Below are positions 53,024-64,000 of a stretch of 64,000 nt of DNA, one piece after another; position 1 is the stretch's first letter, and each line of letters opens with the position of its first letter. A model generated the notes under the pieces. That model searched no databases, was not told the DNA's origin, and worked only from the letters and a program-made list of their open reading frames with translations. The DNA is taken from contig NC_068999.1 of assembly GCF_001194135.2 (NCBI RefSeq), forward strand, positions 16,432,876 through 16,496,875. Reading direction: 5' to 3'. The stretch is from Octopus bimaculoides (Eukaryota). A program made the translations under genes and the position numbers.

Positions 53024-55282
53024 AAGAAGAGAGAAGTAGCATAAAAAAATCTAAATAATTTTTTAAAATTTGAAAATGTAAAAATAACGGAAACTAGTAA
53101 GTCTTCGAATATGACGAGAGCGCGTCTGATATGAAAGGAAAAAAAGTAATACTTTGAGTGTGGATACAAAAAATTATTTGATGAAAAAAGGCTTAAGAAC
53201 GACTAAATGCAGGTGTTTGAGGTGGCAAAATGTATTGGGGCAGGAAATAAAGGGAAGAAAATGTATAAAAACTGAATATTAAAATTATCCAATATAAAGG
53301 CATGGTTAAGGATCAAATTATGGTGCGAAATTCTGACTCTTCAGAAAAATCTGTGTAAGATAACAGAATGTGGTACGTAAATGAGAGAATTTGTAAATTT
53401 TTATGTATAAAGAGGTCTTCACTTAAAGTAGTCCTTATACAACTTCATGTGTATAAACAGGGTAAATTTTATTTGGAATATAGTGAGACTGAGTTCTTTA
53501 ACAATAGAAATGTGCTTGATATAACACTTTGGAAGTTGTTTTTGATGTTATTTCAACGCATTAAGATGCAAGGAAAGAGTGGTTGTCAATTTGGTTACAG
53601 AACCTTTGTCAAAATATAACGTAGAAGAGTAAAAGAACGCTCCGAGCTACTAGCGTAAAGGAACAGTGTGAGCGTGTAGCAATGTCATTGAAGATAACTA
53701 GAGAAACGGCAGTATGAAAGTTGAATGGTCATTTGATGGGTGATCGAGCAATAGATAATTTCATTGCTTGAATGCCTAATACCATCTGAGCACCAAGTAC
53801 AAATTTTGTGCTATGTATAATTCAGGTGGAAAAGAAGACTCACACAATTTAAGAACGTTGTATTCTCATTTATTTAAACATAATCTTGATTTTTATAACA
53901 GGATATTTCTACGTTTAATATTTCACTTTGGGATATTGAGATAATGAAGCAGATTTAATCAAATCTGTTATCAAAATGAGATACCGTACTAAATCTAGCT
54001 TCTTCACTAACCAATGGAAGAAATATATTTACAAAATTATGCGACCATAGTTTTGTATTGTTTGTTATGGTTTATTAAATGAGGATATTTCCTTGTGATT
54101 TGAGTACGCATTCAATGTATATGTATTTCATTTCAAACAATATGTAAAAGTATCAGTATATTGAGATTGACTTAACCTGTTATTCTCAAATGAATTTGAA
54201 ACGTAATTGATTCACACCACCCATTTTGTACGTGATTAAGATTCCGTTATCTCTATAAAGGCCACCCTAAAAAGATTAATGCCGCTCGATGTACCATAAG
54301 GTAGCAAAATTTATAATCTCCGCAATATGTGTTAAGTTTTCTTTTCCTTTGTTTTTCCACCTGTATATTTATGGAGTGAGTGCATTGGTTGTGTATTTGT
54401 GTATGTGCGTGTGCGTACATAAAGCAGTGAAAGAATACGTTTACAGAGTCATAGCAAAATTCATACACCCACACATACATGTACAGACAAATCAACATGC
54501 ACGCGTCAACTCAGCATTCTATTTATAATTCAAAATATGTTACAGCGAAACATCTATTATCGCAATGTTTCTGCCATTGAACAAAAGGATTAAGTTGACA
54601 GTCGCAACCTGTCCGACATCTTTGCTGACAGCCAGTAGTTCAATTTAACCGTCATATTTTATTACCAGCCAACCAGTTCCTGCGCTGAATTGATTTTAAC
54701 GTCATTCTCGTCACAGCTGCAGCGTTTCTGCTCTCATATTCTGATGCTTCACCTTAGTGTCTCTCTATACGTATTATATTTCTATATTTACTACCTAAGT
54801 TTATAGTCTCATTCTTGGTTAGTTCCAGGTCAAACCTGATGCTAGAAATCTCTCATGGGAAAAGCTTACCAGCCTGTAACGATTCCGTCATTTTTCCGAC
54901 ATTATATATATATATATCTATATATATATATATTCATGTATGTATGAATGTATAGGAGTGGATTATCCTGTGTGCTCTTCCGTTTTAAAACATAGTTGGT
55001 GTAGACATATTTACTATTTCGCGTAGATTTTGTTCTCTTGTTTATGCCATTCCTTTTACTCTATGATTACGCTCCTTCTGGAAATTAGTGCGATCAGTCC
55101 AGGGGTTATAAAGTCCTATGGAAAATCAGATACACGGGTAACGATAGAGAGAAGGCAACGTTCGATGCGCGTGTTAAACGTCTCCCTACAATATTTCGTT
55201 TACCTCCAGTTAACTTCGATCACGGAGATCTACGATGAAATCCTTTTCCAGTGGTTCCACTTAACTCAGGTTTAGTGAAATA

Positions 55283-55500
55283 TTCTTTTCTTCTCTAGGC
55301 ACAAGGCCCGAAATTTTCTTGGGGAGAGGGCCAGTCGATTAGTTCGATCCCAGTACGCAACTGGTTCATAATTTATCGACCCTGAAAGGATGAAAAGCAA
55401 AGTCGACCTCGGTGGAGTTTGAACTGAGAACGTAAAAACAAACGAAATATCGCTAAGCATTTCGCCCGGCGTGCTAACGTTTCTGCTAGCTCACTATCCT
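55283..55500 (-). mobile_element. Full-length Meta-like tRNA SINE with 15-bp TSD
   Basis: Reverse complement: GAGCTAGCAGAAACGTTAGCACG...GTTCAAACTCC (B-box)...GTCGACTTTGCTTTTCATCCTTTCAGGGTCGATAAATT (Meta-domain-like, from memory)...GGCCTTGTGCCTAGAG. TSD AGGTTTA(G/A)TGAAA(T/C)A at 55268-55282 and 55501-55515. Confidence 0.93.
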
Positions 55501-56215
55501 AGGTTTAATGAAACAATATGAAACGCTTTAGTGTTTTACATCCACATCTTGTAGGTTGAGTAATGAAGTACCTCTTCTGTTATCTCATTTGTACAAGATA
55601 TTTTGTTTCGACATTTGTGTAGAAATCTAAAATATCAATAGAAATAGGCTGAAAGATAATAAATCTTCGGTTTACACAGAATCTAGTTTTTATTGGCGCT
55701 TTAGACAAAATATTTTCTAAGATCACAGATTAATTTATTCTGGTTGCTTTGTATATAGACAAGTTTATATTGGATATTGCGAAACATTTACATATATCTC
55801 AAAACAAATTTAGAATTGTAATTTACGCAATAATAATTATTTTCGGCATAGATATAACATAAATAAAAGAAAATGTAATTATTGATTTAAAAAAAAAATA
55901 ATTAATGTTTATTTGTGGAGTGGTATAAAATAAGCAATTTGAAAACGTTATTTTTTTCTAAAACCAATATATGCTCATATTTTTCTCTCTACAGAAAATT
56001 ACAAATATTTTCTATTATAAAACAACATTGTTTGAATTAAGTGTAATTAATATTGTTTTTATTTTCATTTTGAGATAAGGAAAATAACAAGTTATATAAG
56101 TCCGTTAATTATTTGTGTTTTTGTCGTATTCATAACGGACAAAAGAGAGATCGAACGTAATGTGTATTTTGGTCCATTTATCTAGTTATCTTGGCGTCTT
56201 CTTAAATTAATTTCT

Positions 56216-56347
56216 TTATTCTAGGGAAAGAAAAACATAGTCGCTATTCTAAGGAGAGAAAAATATAGTCGCTGTTCTAGAGTAAGAAAAAAAAGTCGCT
56301 ATTCTAGGGAAAGAAAAAGTCGCTAAATTGGAACTCATATTAGCGAC
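56216..56347. repeat. Minisatellite: about 24-29-bp unit x4 ending in GTCGC, plus an inverted TAGCGAC
   Basis: Units (T)ATTCTAGGGAAAGAAAAA(CATA)GTCGC; TAGCGAC at 56341-56347 is the reverse complement of GTCGCTA. Confidence 0.85.
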
Positions 56348-59300
56348 GTTTTTCACATTACAAACGAACAGACACATACGCATAAACACTCACACGCACT
56401 AATACACACACACATACACATTCAATTGATAAAATGCCGATGGTTAATTAAACGTATGTCCGCTATAGGGCCTAAGTAAAAAGAATGTTGAAGATTGCAG
56501 TGAGAAGAATTGAAATCGTATATGTTCTCTCTATATCAAATTGCTAATGTTGGTTCTATGCTTACAGAGGTGATGCAACGATGAGTACCTATCACTAAAA
56601 ATTTGTCACTGCATTCTGAATTCCGATAATGTGATTAATTGATTAATCCATTACAACCATCATAATTTCTGGCGTCAGTTATCCTCTGTTGTTAGGAAGC
56701 ATTAATTTTCTATCTTGTTCAATATTAAACACAATTAATTATCTAAAATAAAGTATATTGCTTTCTTGATCATATTTCGTATTTCTATACAATCGTACAC
56801 ATAGTTTGTTATTCTTTGAAATTTGCTAATAACCTGAAGAATTCAATAATAGATAAACAACTGGTAACGCATGGTGTATATTCTTGCATAATCACATATT
56901 TATAGACGCTATAGATAAGTCTCAAAGTAGGTGTGCACGAATGATAATATGTGATTTCTTGAGCAATATATTTATTAGTATATGTTCATCCAAGCGCAAT
57001 ATTTTATTAAAAACAACATTATACACAATAAGGAATAATGGTCCAAATATACGTATTAAAGCGTATCGAATCGAATATCGATATCAATATTATTGACTGA
57101 ATACTTAAATTAGGATGATGCTTATTAGAATTCAGGTTATATGTAATTAATGTGGATTACATCCCTGTAACAGATCGTATTAACGCAGGCAAACATTTCA
57201 GGTATCAGTTAAGTATTCCGTATTATTATCTTTTCTGTATATACTAGATGTATACATTGCAGTAATGATAGACTTAATTAAGATTTGAAATCTAAACAGG
57301 TCCGTCTCCATTATGTATTTTTCAGGGACACTCTGCAGTTAACTAAGTTTGGTTCTGAGACATAGAGAAAGTCTTATTCACTACATTAAATATGTTAAAC
57401 CTAACATTATGACATTTAATGTCACTGTATTTACAATGTTATATCATATTATATAATTCTCTACTTGCATGTCATACAAACTAAGGAAGCGAGTATCAAC
57501 ATACAGAAACATGCTATCCAAAAACGAATTATTTGAATCCAGTGAAACGTCGTTTGACATTCAACTATTTTAAAACTCTAATATCTAAGAGCCAATTATC
57601 GATCCCCAGGGTGAACACATGGCGTACTAAATCACCTTTAATAACAACTCCACATTATAAGCGTCATAAAAAAGAAAACAACGGAATAGTGGCAATAAGT
57701 GAAATGGTTTCGATCACAGTATAGCTGATAAGGTTTGTCATCGTGTATAAACAAGTGCAATGCGTTCATATGCATCTGGGTATCGTTATGTATGTGTGTG
57801 GCTTTAGCTGTGTGTTTCTCTTTTTGCTATACCACATTATAACATATTTGGTAATTAGTTCGTGATAACTAGTAATTACTTCGTCTGCTCACTCTTGGTA
57901 ATTAACCACTCGTTTGCAAACATCGTAAAGATAAACAAAAAATGAGTTTCTCGGTGATATTCATCACCACCTAACCACAATTCTCTTGAGGTACTTTATT
58001 ATTTAGCCTGCAACATAGACCACATTGCAGAAAACGCAAGCAACTATTTCTGTATCACAAAGCAAAGAAGAAGAAATAATACGGTGTGAAAAATATATAG
58101 GCGTCAACATTAAATACTTTATCGGAGGTAGAAGCAGCTACAGAAATGTTGTAATAACTTGTACATAACGTTTAAGCTTGAAAATTGCATGCAAGTAACG
58201 TGTGAAATATGATTGCTAGTACTTTTATTCTGAAATAAGTTTTCTTGAATATTCTTCTATAAAATTTCGAAGAGCTAAATTTCCAATATCGAGTTACAGA
58301 CCTTCCAATGCATGGATTCTATTTAATGTTTTCTTAGCTTAAACGTTAATGTAAAATCTGTAGTTTAATACTATAATAGTTTAATTACATTTCGAAACTA
58401 TTTGGTTAGCAATAATGAAATTATACTTTATATATTTTTAAGCAGCTTTTTTTTTTCTATTTCACACGCTTTACATATAAAAATTTAACTGCGAACCTAC
58501 TGACACACATAAAAAGCACACATGCATGTATACACGTACATTTATATTTATAATTACCGTGTACACACAAACACATATACACACTCACACACACGCATAT
58601 ATCTGTATGAATTATGAATATGTTTGAAGATATGCGCATATTAATGTATGTGTTATATATTCTTACTTGCTGAATTTGTAGGAAAAGAACGAGAAGAGAG
58701 GAGGTTCAAGATGACATATACGCAGGGTTTGAAAGACTGGGCAAAATGGTTTGTGTAGGAAATTTACGAAGGATTCACCAACGGTGCCGATAGAAAGGAT
58801 ACAAATGCTTTGGTGGGTGCGTAACTGGTAGTGGTACGGGAGTACGAGCTCCGAGGAGCAAAGATCATTATAAGACAGTGATAGGAGTAAGAACGTCTTT
58901 AGGCTGAGGTTGGCGTATGCCCGTTAACAAAGGATTGCTAATTAGCCGTATTTCCTATGTACGGATGCAATCCAGAATGACACTGTGCGCAGCTGCACTT
59001 CGCCCTATTTGTGACAAGAATGCTCAATCATGGCGTGTAGAATTTTAGTAATATCGCTGCTGAAATATTTTCTAACTCGAAAAGATGGAGCTACTTTAAT
59101 GGAGTAGGTCTTGCCTATGCTAAGAGAAGGTAATTACACAAAGAGAGCTTCTTGGTGGCATGGAGTTGCCGCATGTATTTACATTTATAGTCAAATACTT
59201 TTCAAATAATAATTTAATTGATATCTTGAAATAATCTATGTTACTATACAACTATACACTTATCATATTACGTCAGAAAAGAAATATTTCTTTATTTTTT

Positions 59301-61416
59301 TCTGCAAATACGATGTGCAAATTTAATGTTGTCGTTATAGTAGTTGATGCCAATCTAATTTTCAAGTCGAACGATTTCCATCTGAACGTATTATAAAATC
59401 GATTAGTAATATCTGATTTATATTGATAAATCCAATCATTCATTTTAGTAAAATAATTTATTGTGGAATAAAGAAAATACTTTGTTTCTTGTTGTCCACA
59501 TTAAAATTACTATTATGACAAGACGAGAAATTATAGATGTACACTTAAAATAAAATTATATAGTAGACAACTACTTTTATAAATTCTAATATTTTACTTA
59601 AAATATATTTCTGTATTATATTAACTGTATGTGCTATTTAAACTATTTTCAGACATTTTCTAGTTAACTATCAGTATTACACTTTCTCGCAACTCCCCCT
59701 GGAGTACATTATTAAATCCTATGATCTTTATATCTGGATGCTAAATAATTGTAATTGTTGTAATATCGCGAGAATATGGCAATAGAAAAATGTATTTGGC
59801 TGTCCGGTTTCATTTTGTTAATTATTAACTCCTAATGCACAATTGAGAACAATTAGATTTATTACTTGAACTACACGAATAATTACAACTAACCCAGAAA
59901 CTATCATCAGATAAAAATAATTTTAAGTATTTAAACATTTCTGAAATGCAGACCATATGCTTTATGTTTATGTTACGATGGCTGGAGAAGAGTAGGAATT
60001 AGTTCCTAGACGAAATCAATTTGGCGTTGAATTTTGCATGTGATACAATTGGGTAGACTTAATGAAATAAGTTTTGGTTATGCGGTGTATTTGAATGAAT
60101 CATATCAAAGCTTTGTGCTAACATCAGACACCTTAATTTGCTTAGATTAATAGAGTTTCTGAATAACAGTTGAAATGTCAAAGCTACGTTTTTCATATAC
60201 AGCAATATTACAAGGATTAAATACCTTCATTCTTGCACTCAAACAACGTATCTTCAAATATTCAATATTCATTCGTTTAATGAGAAGAAGTACATTCCAT
60301 TATTAGGGAGGAGGTAGTTTAAATGTTTTCATTGCAGTGCTATAAGGTTGGTGCATGTACGATAGTATATGATAAGCTCGGAACTACATGTAGTCATATT
60401 TCTTTCATCAGAATTTTATGTATTCATACGTAGTTTCGAATAAACAGCACGACATATACCGAAAGAATTATGTATAGAATTATCAAGTTATACCTATAAA
60501 CCAAATTGCTGAATGCCTATAGATTACAAAATATAGTTTATATAATTAATGTAAATATTATTGAAAGACAATATAAAATTTTTAAATTATGATTTCATAA
60601 TTATTTTGATCTTAAAATAATAAATGACGGACGCAGATATAACAAATGAATCGCAATGTGTTTAAATTGTATATACTTGCTAATCTGTATAGATTAAATA
60701 CGAAGAATAATTTAGAAATGTTTATTACGAATATTCTTAATATATGATTCTTTATTTGCTTCAGAATTTATGAATGGAAATAGCAAAAATATATGAATAG
60801 TTATAAAAATAAATGCACAAATATACAAAATTCATATGCCACAATTGAATTAATTGACTCTGAAAATATTTCGAATAGAAATCGATAGGTAAATAGAGAA
60901 AAAAACAGAAAACGGTACAAATTTGATTATTTTTAATATGCAAATATATTATCAAAATAAAAACAAAACATCACAAATTCTAATTTGTAAAAATATAATT
61001 TAACGAATTTTCGTGTTTGTAACAGAGCTGATTGTATTAGTAATAAAAATAATTATTTGATGTTAGTTACCAACGTTTAACATATCAGCGCCGTTGATAT
61101 TATTTGGATGTAAATATTGTTTAGTATTTACAAAATTTGGTTACAAACATACAAAGATATTTTTACAAAGTACAGGTGGGACAGAGAGAATGATGGAGAG
61201 GACGAATTCGTGCGTATGTATGAAGTCTGCACAGGAGACAGAGGGAGGGAGAAAACCCTTATATCTAAGAGTTGGTAATTTTAAAGAATTTTAAAACACA
61301 TATATATGAACTTCAAACGTTATAAGTCAAATGCTTTACCAGATATATTGGTAAAGACTTTTGTTTTGAATAGCCAAAAGGAGGCAAATATATATTCGAT
61401 GAATGTATATATAATT

Positions 61417-61692
61417 GTGGAGGCGCAATGGCCCAGTGGTTAGGGCAGCGGACTCGCGGTCGGTGGATCGCGGTTTCGATTCCCAGACCGGACGTTGTGA
61501 GTGTTTATTGAGCGAAAACACCTAAGGTTCACGAGGCTCCGACAGGGGTGGGGCGACCCCTGTTGTACTCTTTCACCCCAACTTTCTCTCACCCTTTCTT
61601 CCTGTTTCTTGAGTAACGCTGTGGGGGAACACATACGCCATAGAAACCGGGAAACTGGGCCCATGAGCCTGGCTAGCCTTTGAAAGGGCGAC

Positions 61693-61697
<5 letters not shown>
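61417..61697 (+). mobile_element. OR-type SINE with an alternative 3' tail
   Basis: Matches 42974-43169 up to CTTCCTGTTTCT (61609), then an unrelated tail ...AGAAACCGGGAAACTGGGCCCATGAGCCTGGCTAGCCTTTGAAAGGGCGACCATTTT followed by (TA)n. Confidence 0.93.
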
Positions 61698-61737
<40 letters not shown>

Positions 61738-62850
61738 ATTACATGTTGCAACTTGCTTGAACCGTGGTAAACTTACTTGTTTCAATTTTAGTAACCTTCG
61801 GTATAAACTGGAAGAAAATTTTGAATGTTTTCTTTTCTGCTTTCCCTGAGAAGTCTTTTTTATTCACAATTACATTAGTAAAACATACGTGTGTGTATGT
61901 GTTTGTGTGTGTGCATGTGCGTGTGTTTGTGTGGGTGTGTCAGCGCGCGTGTGTATTCATGCATTCACATACACATAGGTAACTTAACCTAACCTATATT
62001 TCCAGAAATTTTAATTCGATATCTCGAGTGAGTCTAAATCCAAAATACACCAAAGTGACTTCATTAAATGGCAAATAACTGAAAGCCTAACAACATAGTT
62101 TCTTACACAAAATACAGAAAGACATTGCCATAATTTTATATACATTCAACAAGAATATAAAAAGCTTGAATTAATACGAACTGAGGAGAAGAATTTTTCA
62201 ATACCGAAAGATGCTTTCACAGTTTTTCAGTCATAATCAAATTTCCACTTTTACAAGTACGTTCATAGGAAGTAAAAACTAACGATAGCAAAACTTTTTC
62301 AGGTATATTTATTGATGATAGTAATGAATCGAAAATGAGTGGAAAGATTTTAGCAAAATATTTTAAAAGCATCTTATTTCAGGAAATATTTAATATATTT
62401 TCCCCAAGAACATACATATATAATTCATATGAGTTTAGCTAAATTAACTTACATAAATCAAACTTGAAAAAACACACTCGCTAAGATAGAATATATACAA
62501 AAATGGCTGAAAAATCCATTTGGATTTTGTTTCTTAACCATTTCTGTTTCAAACGATAACTATTGATAGGAAATGTTTGAATTAAAAGCTATCTACTTAA
62601 AAATAAAACTTTGCAGTATTTAAGTGTTATAATATTTTCTGTGGGTGAAGAAATATATTACACTACTTAGTGTAAATACACACACACACATATGTATATT
62701 GTTTTTTTTGTTTGTTTTTTGTAATGCACGCAGTATATAGTTGAGCTATAGTTTGATACTTTGAAGATGTTATTTACGCGGGCTTTAAAACACGTCTATT
62801 GTCGCAAATTGAGCTTCAGTGTCTAAGCACAGGGCTTATATAAGGTACAA

Positions 62851-62910
62851 AACAAGAGAAATCACGAGATAAAAAGAGAAATCACGAGATAACAAGAGAA
62901 ATCACGAGAA
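62851..62910 (+). repeat. 20-bp tandem repeat x3 (AACAAGAGAAATCACGAGAT)
   Basis: Directly visible; 2 substitutions. Confidence 0.95.
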
Positions 62911-63737
62911 TAAAAGAACGAGATGAAGGTAGGTGCAGCGATTAGAAGTGTAACACATAAAAGGAAAAAAAAAAAAACAGAAGGAACAATTCAAGAATGA
63001 GAATTAAAGAGATGTCCCCTTTACCGTAGAGTAATAAGCCTAGACGGTATACATTCAGCAGAGCGGAGTTTAAGTCTACAATAGAGCTGATCAATCCGGA
63101 GAAGTTGGTGTCCTCCAATTTGCCAAAAGAAACTTGTCAATGTGTTTTTTTCATTTGATAAAAATTCATGACATGGTATTCAACAGTGCAGTGAAATTCT
63201 TATATCTAAACAGGATATGCGACATTTCAGCTAGGCATAATTTTCATTTTATTTTATTCATTCGCTTATGGCTTGCCTTTTACTCATATTTTCCACTTGA
63301 TTATATGTGGCGTGGAGTTGTTCTTCAAATTCCGCACATGACTAGCCAACTTAGTGGTTTCACTTTTGTCCCTGTACCGGAAAGAAGATAAATGGTTAGT
63401 ATAGCGTCTTTTGAAGTTGCCTTCGTATAAACTGATACGATTCTTCCTTCCGGTTAGGTTATCATGTAGCGTGGGTTACGTTTATTCAAGTAATACCACA
63501 CTTCAAACAGGCATAAACAGAGAAAATGATTGCAGAAAATAGACACCATTACTGAAATAACATCAACAAGCGATACAAACACTAAGCCATAGACACCAAA
63601 GGATTTCTAATAAAATTTAATGACTACATACCGTTCCTATCCAGCCTACCATGTCACAGATTAAATTTAGAGAAGTTTGATACTGTCTTTAGTAGCGTTC
63701 ACTCAGCCGTGTCAGGCTTAAAGTTAAGCGCAAAACA

Positions 63738-63775
63738 TATCCTTTTCTACTTTAGGCACAAGGCCCGAAATTTTG
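63738..63775 (-). mobile_element. 3'-terminal tip of a Meta-like SINE (extreme 5' truncation)
   Basis: ccttttctactttaggcacaaggcccgaaatttt matches 55285-55318. Confidence 0.75.
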
Positions 63776-63959
63776 TCTTTTTGTTGGTGTGCCGATGATT
63801 TTCGTTTCGCTGTGAATTTGTGCCTGTGTGCGTATGGCTGCAGTGGGAGATTATCTGCGCTTAGGTGAAAGAAATTTTCATATTTACATCCGGACGGAGA
63901 AGTTAGTAAAATGGGTATATCTGAAACATGAATAAACATACATGTATGTGTATATGCGC

Positions 63960-64000
<41 letters not shown>

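Noticed and set aside
53368-53619. 83-aa ORF faintly resembling a CR1/L2 C-terminus (EFFNNR..W)
   Set aside because: Similarity too weak to call without a profile search.
59041-59133. KR-WSYFNGVGLAYA-KRR neuropeptide-like stretch before an AAG|GTAATT donor
   Set aside because: Only about 30 codons, weak acceptor, no signal-peptide exon or known peptide match; likely chance.
59141-59175. Partial resemblance to both arms of miR-281 (AAGAGAGCT...CATGGAGTTGC)
   Set aside because: Matches are only 9-11 nt, too close together for a precursor, and the 3' halves do not pair.
62851-62910. CRISPR-like direct repeats (also 56216-56325, 39442-39481, 38623-38685)
   Set aside because: Head-to-tail tandem units without unique spacers, no cas genes, eukaryotic context.
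63724-63939. Minus ORF after a strong acceptor, reading through a SINE tip
   Set aside because: No recognisable protein; its end is SINE-derived and upstream context lies outside the window.

Overview
AT-rich eukaryotic genomic DNA (about 30-35% GC by eye), saturated with microsatellites ((TA)n, (CA)n, (TATG)n, (GATA)n, (GAT)n, (GAA)n). It is broken by 11 assembly gaps (about 3.9 kb of N), nearly all flanked by (TA)n. The SINE families, microsatellite load and gap pattern point to a coleoid cephalopod, most likely Octopus (inference from remembered repeat consensus sequences, not a database search). No protein-coding gene can be named. Almost all long entries in the ORF track are translations of microsatellites or N runs, so the window looks like intergenic DNA or the interior of very long introns. 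Supported features: many tRNA-derived SINEs of at least five types (CORE-like and Meta-like, two with clear target-site duplications), a 127-bp Tc1/mariner MITE, two oppositely oriented mariner transposase relics next to a 2.2-kb-spaced local duplication, and a tandem of three R4/Dong-type LINE 3' ends separated by (CATA)n. I found no prokaryotic-type systems (no CRISPR, operon, rRNA or true tRNA) and no novel system I can claim with confidence. The best leads are a textbook recursive-splice (AG|GTAAGT) site with a stop-filled cryptic exon on the minus strand, SINE 3'-tail swapping, the (CATA)n-associated LINE tandem, and a possible divergent first-exon pair at 22-24.6 kb.
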